Of a DNA stretch of 64,000 nt, positions 18,162 to 25,196 are shown one piece after another. Each line of letters begins with the position of its first letter. Positions within the stretch are counted from its first letter, which is position 1. The DNA is from Gemmatimonadales bacterium (GTDB taxonomy: Bacteria > Gemmatimonadota > Gemmatimonadetes > Gemmatimonadales > GWC2-71-9): contig DASZCN010000114.1 of NCBI GenBank assembly GCA_035943095.1, positions 49,170 through 113,169 on the forward strand, in the 5' to 3' direction. The notes beneath the pieces were generated by a model. That model ran no database searches, was not told the DNA's origin, and worked only from the letters and a program-made list of their open reading frames with translations. The position numbers were made by a program, and so were the translations under genes.

Positions 18162-18617
18162 ATGCGCCAAGTGCAATATTGGGCCCGGGTACGGGCCCGG
18201 GCGGACTGTCCCCTGCGTCGCGGCGCGTGGTACCGCGTCGTGGACCTCACCCCCGTCGAAGCCCTGGTGGACGTCAATCACCGGCTGCTCCATATCCCTC
18301 GTGCCTTCGTGCAGGTGCTCCCGCTCCGACCCCCGATGTGGTCGGTGGTCCCTGGCCCGCGCGACAGCGAAGGACACGTCACCGGACCGGACCGGCCCTA
18401 TGGCGTGTGCCCCGCCTGCTGCGGCCGGGCGCCGCTGCAACGCTCTGCCGCTGCCATGCGCTGCCCGCGCTGCGGCACGGCGTCCGCCATCGCCTGGTCC
18501 GACTCGCCATGGCGGGCGTTCGAGGTGATGGGCGCCCTACCCTCGGCGGGCGCAATCGCCCGGGCGCGAGCGAGCGCGCTGCGAGCGCTGGCGACGGCAT
18601 TCGGGCTCGGGTCCTAG
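18162..18617 (+). CDS. small 'WAR-RRGAWYR' + zinc-ribbon protein, paralogue 2 (unknown function)
   Basis: ATG at 18162 with SD GGAGGG 6 nt upstream, inside track ORF 17673-18617. It has YWARV, LRRGAWYRVV, MWSVVP and CPACC-x13-CPRC...IAWSD, plus a 30-aa Ala-rich tail. Confidence 0.75.
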   Translation: MRQVQYWARVRARADCPLRRGAWYRVVDLTPVEALVDVNHRLLHIPRAFVQVLPLRPPMWSVVPGPRDSEGHVTGPDRPYGVCPACCGRAPLQRSAAAMRCPRCGTASAIAWSDSPWRAFEVMGALPSAGAIARARASALRALATAFGLGS

Positions 18618-18639
18618 GCCGATCGGGGTGGTATAAGGC

Positions 18640-18679
18640 AACGGGCGGCCGGCTCTCGCCGGTCGCCCGTTTTCGTTTG
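18640..18679 (+). terminator. rho-independent terminator after paralogue 2
   Basis: The stem is aacgggcggccgg / ccggtcgcccgtt (13 bp, 1 mismatch) with loop ctctcg. It is followed by TTTCGTTTG. Confidence 0.65.
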
Positions 18680-18690
18680 CAGCCGCGGCG

Positions 18691-19233
18691 TTACAGCCGG
18701 GGGCGTTTGCGCGGCCCCGCGCGCGGTCGCGGCAACTCCCCCCGGCGCTCTTCGCGACGCTGATGCCGCAGCACCTGCGCGACGCGCTCCTGGAACTTCC
18801 GCCGCTCCTCCTGATATCGGGCGTGCTGCACGGGCGTGAGGTAGCCCTGCATGTCACGTGCTTCGTCGTGATTGACCTGCTGCAGCTTGAGCTGATTGTC
18901 CTGCCGCTCGTTCACCAGCTGCTTGACCCGGTCCTGGTTCGGCGTTCCCGACGCCAGCTCGGCGTTCAGTGCCTGGTTGATCTCGCGCTGGCGGGCGCGG
19001 ATCGGTTGCCGCTGCCCGTCGAAGCGCGCTTCGGTCGCCTGCAGCTTCGTGGCTTGCTCGTCCGTCAGGTCGAGCGTCGTGCGGACGTGCTCGTTCCAGC
19101 GCTGGCGGATCTGCTTACGGATCTGCTGCGCCTCCGGCCCGTTCGCTGGCGGAGCGGCACCCGAGTCGCCCGGCTCTTGTCCAACGAGCACGGGAGTCAC
19201 GACGATCAGCAGCATCCATGCGAGTCGCTTCAT
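18691..19233 (-). CDS. periplasmic Spy/CpxP-like LTxxQ-motif protein
   Basis: ATG at 19233 (ATGA with the upstream stop), inside track ORF 18691-19497. The signal peptide is MKRLAWMLLIVVTPVLVG. It has LTDEQATKLQ and LTPVQHARYQ motifs and a basic tail. Confidence 0.7.
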   Translation of the reverse strand: MKRLAWMLLIVVTPVLVGQEPGDSGAAPPANGPEAQQIRKQIRQRWNEHVRTTLDLTDEQATKLQATEARFDGQRQPIRARQREINQALNAELASGTPNQDRVKQLVNERQDNQLKLQQVNHDEARDMQGYLTPVQHARYQEERRKFQERVAQVLRHQRREERRGELPRPRAGPRKRPRL

Positions 19234-19649
19234 CACCCCTCCAGGGACTCGAGCAGCGCGCGCAGCTCGACTGTGTTCAAGTCGTCGAGACTCACGTCTT
19301 GCGCCGAAACCATGATATCTCCGGCCGGTTGATCGACCGCATCGAGCACCCGGTGCAGCTGGTCGGCCGAGAGGCCGTCCAGGTCGGCGCCGGCGGCGGT
19401 AACGGGTGCCGAGCGCGGGTGGAACCTGCCCGTGATGCGCAATGCCAACGCGCCGCCCCCGACCGCGATCACCAGGGCCGCCGCGATTCGGAGCCACTGT
19501 CGCGGAACCGAGATGCCGATCCGCTCGCCCCGCGTGCGCTCCGCCCTCAGCCGCTCCACCACCGCCCGGGCGGTGGCTTCTACGTCGAGCCGCTCGGCTG
19601 CCCGCGCGCCGAGCCGCTGCGCCAGTTGCTCCAGTTCGTCGTCGGTCAC
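19233..19649 (-). CDS. putative anti-sigma factor (single TM)
   Basis: 138 aa. It is coupled by GTGA to the ECF sigma gene. It has a helical N-domain and one TM helix (WLRIAAALVIAVGGGALAL). Confidence 0.6.
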   Translation of the reverse strand: MTDDELEQLAQRLGARAAERLDVEATARAVVERLRAERTRGERIGISVPRQWLRIAAALVIAVGGGALALRITGRFHPRSAPVTAAGADLDGLSADQLHRVLDAVDQPAGDIMVSAQDVSLDDLNTVELRALLESLEG

Positions 19650-20224
19650 GCCAGTTGCTCCTTCAGTCGCTTGACGGCGTGGTGAAAATGCACTCGCGCG
19701 GCCCCGGGCGTGGTCCCGAGCGCCGCCGCAATCTCTTCGTATTCGAGCCCCTGTTGCGCCCGGAGCAAGAACACCTCACGCTGCATCCGGGGCAGTCGCC
19801 CCAGGCCGTCCGCCAGCCGCGCTTCCGTCTCGCCGGCCACGGCGTGCTCGTGCGGATCGCCGTCCGTATCTCGCAGCTCTTCCGCGAGCGGCACCACCCG
19901 TGCTCGACGGACCCGCCGGTACGCATCCTTCAGCACGTTCCCGCCGATCGTCATCAACCAGGTGCGAAACCGGCATTGGCCCCGGAACCGCCCGAGCGCC
20001 CGGAACGCTCGAATGAAGGTCTCCTGCACCAAATCGTCGACGTCTGCGTCCCCGCCCCCGCCCCGCCCCCCGCCCCCACCAGAGGCGCGCGCACCGAGGA
20101 ATCGGGCGAGCGCCCGCGCGTGACGGCGGACCAGCTCGGCTGCCGCTTGCTCGTCGCCGCCCTGCCAGGCGGCAATCAGCGCCGCATCGGTCGGGACGGC
20201 GGCGAGGGGCTCGGCGGGGGGCAT
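19646..20224 (-). CDS. ECF-type RNA polymerase sigma-70 family factor
   Basis: 192 aa. Region 2 is DDLVQETFIRAFRALGRFRG..FRTWLMTI and region 4 is LPRMQREVFLLRAQQGLEYEEIAAALGTTPGAARVHFHHA. It carries an unusual GGGGGRGGGG insert. Confidence 0.9.
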   Translation of the reverse strand: MPPAEPLAAVPTDAALIAAWQGGDEQAAAELVRRHARALARFLGARASGGGGGRGGGGDADVDDLVQETFIRAFRALGRFRGQCRFRTWLMTIGGNVLKDAYRRVRRARVVPLAEELRDTDGDPHEHAVAGETEARLADGLGRLPRMQREVFLLRAQQGLEYEEIAAALGTTPGAARVHFHHAVKRLKEQLA

Positions 20225-20262
20225 GCGTCGGAGGGTGGACGGTTGGGAGACGAGAATATTAA

Positions 20263-20306
20263 GGGTTGGGGAGGTTGGAGGAGGCTAGGGGACGTCCCCT
20301 AACCTT
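20263..20306. repeat. GGAGGTTGG-unit element (partial palindrome) in the divergent sigma/TetR intergenic region
   Basis: The sequence is gggttggggaggttggaggaggct-AGGGGACGTCCCCT-aacc. The centre is a perfect 14-bp palindrome (20287-20300). The C-rich arm is truncated. Confidence 0.6.
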
Positions 20307-20338
20307 GAATTCCCCGACGCCGGCCTGTAGCTTCCGAT

Positions 20339-20356
20339 TTCGAACGATCGTTCGAA
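20339..20356. promoter_or_regulatory. perfect 18-bp palindrome, candidate TetR operator
   Basis: TTCGAACGATCGTTCGAA ends 2 nt before the TetR ATG at 20359. Confidence 0.5.
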
Positions 20357-20358
20357 CT

Positions 20359-20964
20359 ATGCGCCCCTACGACGAGCGCCTCGATCAATTCCTGTCCCGA
20401 GCGGCGAGCGTCTTCGCCGACCAGGGATACCACTCGACCACGATGCGGGATCTGGCGGCAGCCACCGGCATGTCCCTCGCCGGCATGTATTACTACGTGC
20501 GGGGCAAGGAGGAGCTGCTGTACCGCATCCAGGAGCGCTGCTTCACGCAGGTGCTCGCGGGCGCCGAACAGGTGCTCGCCGGGCTGCGGGGCCACGACGT
20601 GGACGCGCTCGAGCGGCTGCAGGCGTTCATCCGGCACCACGTCGGGTTCTTCACGGCACACATGGCGGAGATGAAGGTCCTCTCGCACGAAGCGAACTCG
20701 CTCGGTGGCGAACGACTGCGCAAAGTGAGCGCGATCAAGCGACGGTACGTCGATTTGCTCGAGCGCTTGCTGCGCGACGTAGCCCCGGACGATCCGGCGG
20801 TGGAGCGCAGCGCCGCCGCCTACGTTCTGTTCGGCATGATGAACTGGATCTACAACTGGTACGACCCCACGGGCGAGATCGACCCCGAACGCCTGGCGGG
20901 ACTCATCGCGCGCATCTTCAGCGGCGGGTTTGCCGAGGCGCGTTCCACGGTACACGGAGGCTGA
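20359..20964 (+). CDS. TetR/AcrR family transcriptional regulator
   Basis: ATG at 20359 inside track ORF 20266-20964. The HTH is YHSTTMRDLAAATGMSLAGMYYYVRGKEELL. Confidence 0.9.
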   Translation: MRPYDERLDQFLSRAASVFADQGYHSTTMRDLAAATGMSLAGMYYYVRGKEELLYRIQERCFTQVLAGAEQVLAGLRGHDVDALERLQAFIRHHVGFFTAHMAEMKVLSHEANSLGGERLRKVSAIKRRYVDLLERLLRDVAPDDPAVERSAAAYVLFGMMNWIYNWYDPTGEIDPERLAGLIARIFSGGFAEARSTVHGG

Positions 20965-20970
20965 CGGCTC

Positions 20971-21786
20971 ATGGCGACGATGACGGAACCGAAAATCGAG
21001 ACCAAGACACTGGTGCACTATATGGTGGAAGGGGGCGTCGGGATCATCGAGCTCGACGATCCCCCGGCCAACACGTACACGTACGAGATGATGCGCCAGC
21101 TCGACGAGGCGATTCTCCGCGCGCGCTTCGACGAGAGCGTGCACGTCGTCGTGCTGCGCGGCCACGGGGACAAGTTTTTCTCCGCCGGCGCGAACATCGG
21201 GATGCTCAACACGGTGACGCCGCGCTTCAAATTCTTCTTCTGCCTGCACGCCAACGAGACGCTCAACCGCCTGGAGCAAACGCCCAAGCTCACGATTGCG
21301 GCACTCAACGGCCACACGGTGGGCGGCGGACTCGAGATCGCGATGGCGTGCGACATCCGCCTCGCCAAGGAGAACGCCGGCAAGATCGGCCTGCCTGAGG
21401 TGAATCTCGGCGTGCTCCCCGGAACGGGCGGGACCCAGCGGCTGGCGCGGCTCGTCGGCAAGGCCCGCGCGATCGAGCTGATGGCGAAGGGTGAGCTGTT
21501 TTCGTTCGACCGCGCCAAAGAGCTCGGCATCGTGCACGAGATCCTGCCGGCCAAGGAATTCTGGGAACAGGTCATGCTCTATGCCAATCAGTTCTGCCCG
21601 CCGCACAAGGCGTCGAAGGCGGTGGGCCTCATCAAGCGCTCGGTACAGACCGGCGCGGAGATCCCGTTCGAGTCGGCGCTGGCGCTCGAGCGCGAGCTGC
21701 AGCAGCAGCTGTTCCAGAGCGAAGACGCGAAGGAAGGGATCGCGGCCAACGTCGAGAAGCGCATGGCGGAGTTCAAGGGCCGGTGA
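20971..21786 (+). CDS. enoyl-CoA hydratase/isomerase (crotonase) family protein
   Basis: 271 aa with GDKFFSAGANI, GHTVGGGLEIAMACDIR and PEVNLGVLPGTGGTQRL. Confidence 0.9.
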   Translation: MATMTEPKIETKTLVHYMVEGGVGIIELDDPPANTYTYEMMRQLDEAILRARFDESVHVVVLRGHGDKFFSAGANIGMLNTVTPRFKFFFCLHANETLNRLEQTPKLTIAALNGHTVGGGLEIAMACDIRLAKENAGKIGLPEVNLGVLPGTGGTQRLARLVGKARAIELMAKGELFSFDRAKELGIVHEILPAKEFWEQVMLYANQFCPPHKASKAVGLIKRSVQTGAEIPFESALALERELQQQLFQSEDAKEGIAANVEKRMAEFKGR

Positions 21787-23210
21787 AGACCGACCTGCTC
21801 ATCGCGAACGAGTGGAAGAGCGCCCCTAAGCGCTACTGCCTCACGAACCCCGCGACGGAGGAGCCGCTCGCCGAGGTCGCCGAGGCGGGCGAGGCGGAGA
21901 TCGACGCCGCGGTGCAAGCGGCGCGCGCCTGCCTCGAGTCGAAACAGTGGCGCGAGCTCCCGGCCCGCCGGCGGGGCCAGCTGCTCTATCGGATCGCCGA
22001 ATTGCTCGAGGGGCGGTCCGGGCAGATCGCCGAGGTCGAGACCAAGAACAACGGGAAGCCGCTGTTCGAATCGAAGATCGACGTCGCAATGGCGATCGAG
22101 ACGTTCCGCTATTACGCCGGCTGGGCCGACAAGCTCACGGGCGACACGCTGCCCGTGAACGGCCCCTTCTTTACCTACACGTTGCGAGAGCCGGTGGGGG
22201 TGGTGGGCGCGATCGTGCCATGGAACTTCCCGTTGAACCTGGCGACGTGGAAGGTCGCCCCTGCCCTGGCCGCCGGGTGCACGGTGGTGCTCAAGCCGGC
22301 GCACGAGACGCCGCTCACCGCCCTGATGCTGGGGGAGATCGCGATCGAAGCCGGCCTGCCGCCCGGTGCCCTGAATGTCGTGCCCGGCCCCGGGGCGAGC
22401 GCGGGCGCCGCGCTCGTGCGCCACCCGCTGGTCGACAAGATTGCGTTCACAGGGTCCACCGAGGTCGGGCAATGGATCCAGCGGGAAGCGGCGGGGACGG
22501 TCAAACGCCTCACGCTCGAGCTCGGCGGCAAGAGCCCGAACATCATCTTCGCGGACGCGGATCTCTCGGCCGCGGTGCGGGGGGCCCAGAGCGGCATTTT
22601 CTACGGCAAGGGCGAAGTCTGCGCCGCTGGCTCCCGCCTCCTGGTCGAGCGCTCGGTGCACGACCAAGTGGTCGAGCAGCTCGCCGAGCGAGCCAAAAAG
22701 CTCACGCCCGGCGATCCCTTCGACAAGAACACGCGGCTCGGCGCCATCGTGTCCAAGCGACAGCAGGAGTCGGTGCTGTCCTACATTGCTGCGGGAACGA
22801 AGGACGGGGCCCGGCTCGTGGCCGGCGGCAAGGCCGCCAAGGTGAATGGGAAGGGCTTCTACGTCGAGGCGACGGTGTTCGACGGCGCCGCACCCGGGAT
22901 GAAGATCGTGGACGAGGAAATCTTCGGCCCCGTATTGGCGGTGCTCACGTTCGAGAACGAAGCCGAAGGCATCGAGCTCGCCAACCGCTCGCGGTACGGA
23001 CTCGCGGCGGGCGTCTGGACCAAGGACGTGCAGAAGGCCCACCGTGTAGCCCGCGCGATCAAGGCGGGCACCGTCTGGGTGAACACGTACAACTTCTACG
23101 ATCCCGCGGCGCCGTTCGGCGGCTACAAGTTCTCGGGGTTTGGGCGGGACCTGGGACGGGAAGCGCTCGACCACTATACGGAGACCAAGACGGTTTGGGT
23201 GGGGCTGTGA
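21783..23210 (+). CDS. NAD(P)-dependent aldehyde dehydrogenase
   Basis: 475 aa with a GTG start overlapping the upstream stop. It has FTGSTEVG, ELGGKSP and the catalytic Cys in GEVCAAGSR. Confidence 0.92.
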   Translation: MKTDLLIANEWKSAPKRYCLTNPATEEPLAEVAEAGEAEIDAAVQAARACLESKQWRELPARRRGQLLYRIAELLEGRSGQIAEVETKNNGKPLFESKIDVAMAIETFRYYAGWADKLTGDTLPVNGPFFTYTLREPVGVVGAIVPWNFPLNLATWKVAPALAAGCTVVLKPAHETPLTALMLGEIAIEAGLPPGALNVVPGPGASAGAALVRHPLVDKIAFTGSTEVGQWIQREAAGTVKRLTLELGGKSPNIIFADADLSAAVRGAQSGIFYGKGEVCAAGSRLLVERSVHDQVVEQLAERAKKLTPGDPFDKNTRLGAIVSKRQQESVLSYIAAGTKDGARLVAGGKAAKVNGKGFYVEATVFDGAAPGMKIVDEEIFGPVLAVLTFENEAEGIELANRSRYGLAAGVWTKDVQKAHRVARAIKAGTVWVNTYNFYDPAAPFGGYKFSGFGRDLGREALDHYTETKTVWVGL

Positions 23211-23248
23211 GGACGGTAGAAGACGGTAGAGGACGGTAGAGGACGGTA
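23209..23248 (+). repeat. 4 x 10-bp tandem repeat GA(G/A)GACGGTA filling the ALDH-thiolase spacer
   Basis: The sequence is gaggacggta gaagacggta gaggacggta gaggacggta. It starts inside the TGA stop (23208-23210) and ends in the ATG (23248-23250). Three of the four units carry a GAGGA Shine-Dalgarno core; the second unit reads GAAGA. Confidence 0.9.
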
Positions 23249-24438
23249 TGAGCGATCGCGAAGCGTACATCTGCGCCGCGTTGCGCACGCCCGTGGGGAA
23301 ACATGGGGGAGCCTTGGCGTCCGTCCGGGCGGATGATCTGGCCGCGATTCCGATCAAGGCGATGGTCGAGCGCTCCGGGATCGATCCGTCCACCATCGAC
23401 GACGTGATCCTCGGGTGTACGAACCAGGCGGGCGAGGATAACCGCAACGTGGCGCGCATGGCCCTGCTCCTCGCGGGCCTGCCGGTCGACGTCCCGGGCC
23501 AAACCGTGAATCGGCTGTGCGGGTCGGGGCTGCAGGCGGCCGCGAGCGCGGCGCAGGCGATCAAGGCGGGCGAAGGCGAGGTCTTTATCGCCGGCGGCGT
23601 CGAGAACATGACCCGCGCACCCTACGTGACGCTGAAGTCGGGCGAGGCGTGGAGCCGTAAGGCGCCCGAGACGGCGGATACCACTGTAGGATGGCGCTTC
23701 ACCAATCCTCGACTCAAGAAAGAGTGGACCATCGCACTGGGCGAGACCGCCGAAGTGGTGGCGGAGCGCTACAAGATCACCCGCGCCGAGCAGGATGCAT
23801 TCGCGGTCGAGAGCCAGCGACGGGCCGAGGTCGCGCTCAAGGCGTGCGTCTTTACCGACGAGCTCGTGGCCGTCCCCCTCCCCGACGGGACGACGTTCGC
23901 CAAGGACGAGTACCCGCGCTCGGGCGTGACGCTCGAGAGCGTCGCGAAGCTCAAGCCGGCGTTCCGTCCAGATGGTACTGTGACCGCCGCCACGTCGAGT
24001 GGCATCAACGACGGCGCGGCAGCATTGCTCCTGGCGGGGGACGTTGGAGGAGGACGGGGGAGGCTGACGCCGATTGCGCGTGTGATTGCGACGGCTGTCG
24101 CGGGCGTCGATCCGAGCTGCATGGGGCTCGGGCCGATTCCGGCCACCCAGAAGGTGTTGAAGCGGGCGAGCATGAAGATCGACCAGATCGACCTGATCGA
24201 GCTCAACGAGGCGTTCGCGGCCCAGGCGATCGCCTGCATTCGCGAGCTCAAGCTCGACCCGGCCAGGGTGAACATCTATGGCGGCGCGATCGCGCTGGGG
24301 CATCCCTTGGGTGCGACCGGCGCGAGAATCTTGACGACGCTGGTACACGCCCTCCGTCGCACCAACTCGCGCTACGGTCTCGCGACGATGTGCATCGGCG
24401 TGGGACAAGGAATCGCGATGCTCGTGGAGCGCGCTTGA
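23248..24438 (+). CDS. acetyl-CoA C-acyltransferase (thiolase II, 3-oxoadipyl-CoA-thiolase-like)
   Basis: 396 aa with VNRLCGSGLQA (active Cys), NEAFAAQ, GGAIALGHPLGATG and CIGVGQG. Confidence 0.93.
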   Translation: MSDREAYICAALRTPVGKHGGALASVRADDLAAIPIKAMVERSGIDPSTIDDVILGCTNQAGEDNRNVARMALLLAGLPVDVPGQTVNRLCGSGLQAAASAAQAIKAGEGEVFIAGGVENMTRAPYVTLKSGEAWSRKAPETADTTVGWRFTNPRLKKEWTIALGETAEVVAERYKITRAEQDAFAVESQRRAEVALKACVFTDELVAVPLPDGTTFAKDEYPRSGVTLESVAKLKPAFRPDGTVTAATSSGINDGAAALLLAGDVGGGRGRLTPIARVIATAVAGVDPSCMGLGPIPATQKVLKRASMKIDQIDLIELNEAFAAQAIACIRELKLDPARVNIYGGAIALGHPLGATGARILTTLVHALRRTNSRYGLATMCIGVGQGIAMLVERA

Positions 24439-25196
24439 TGGCCGCCTACGATCGGGTACTCGTCGAAATCGTGAATGGCATCGGGACGGTCACCTTGAAC
24501 CGGCCCGAGAAGCTCAATGCGCTGGATCGGGCGCTCTGCGACGACCTGCGCGAGGCACTCACCATGCTCACTACGAGCGACGGTGTGCGCGTCGTGGTGA
24601 TCACGGGGGCGGGCCGCGCCTTCTGTGCCGGCGCGGACCTCGACGTTCTCGGGGCGGACGGGCCGGCGCTGGTCGCCGCCGGGAAGGAGGTAGCGCTCGC
24701 GCTCCGCGCGGCGCCGCAGCCGGTGCTCGCCGTGGTGAACGGACCGGCCGCGGGAGGCGGGGCGAACCTCGCCCTTGCCTGCGACTACCGGATCGCGTCC
24801 GAACACGCGTCGATCGGACAAGTGTTCGCCAAGCTCGGGCTGGTCCCCGATTGGGGCGGCTCGTTCTTCCTGCCACGCCTTGTGGGGCCCTCCAAGGCGC
24901 TCGAGCTGGTCTGGAGCGCGCGCATGGTGCCCGCCGCTGAGGCGCTGGCGCTCGGGCTGTTCGATCGCGTCGTGCCACACGGTGAGCTGCACACGGAGGC
25001 CCGTCGCCTCGGCGAGCTGTGGGCCGGACACCCGGCGGGCGCCGTGCGACGGGCCAAGGAAGCCCTGTACCGAAGCGACGCCAGCTCCCTCGGATCGATG
25101 CTCGATCTCGAGATCAGGCAGCAGACCGAACTCTTTGCCTCCCCCGAAGCGCGCGAGCGCATCGAGGGAGCGTCACTCGCCAAGAGGAGCCGCTGA
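24438..25196 (+). CDS. enoyl-CoA hydratase/isomerase family protein
   Basis: ATG at 24438 (TGATG junction) inside track ORF 23691-25196. It has GAGRAFCAGADLD and GPAAGGGANLALACDYR. Confidence 0.9.
   Translation: MAAYDRVLVEIVNGIGTVTLNRPEKLNALDRALCDDLREALTMLTTSDGVRVVVITGAGRAFCAGADLDVLGADGPALVAAGKEVALALRAAPQPVLAVVNGPAAGGGANLALACDYRIASEHASIGQVFAKLGLVPDWGGSFFLPRLVGPSKALELVWSARMVPAAEALALGLFDRVVPHGELHTEARRLGELWAGHPAGAVRRAKEALYRSDASSLGSMLDLEIRQQTELFASPEARERIEGASLAKRSR

Noticed and set aside
16589-18617. Genomic island or prophage remnant integrated at tRNA-Leu
   Set aside because: There is no integrase, no direct repeat of the tRNA 3' end and no compositional break that I could see. The flanking genes are small chromosomal-type ORFs.
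20299-23609. Two very long minus-strand ORFs (435 aa and 673 aa)
   Set aside because: They are antisense to the TetR, crotonase and ALDH genes, which carry unambiguous motifs. The translations are Arg/Gly/Glu/His-rich with no domains.
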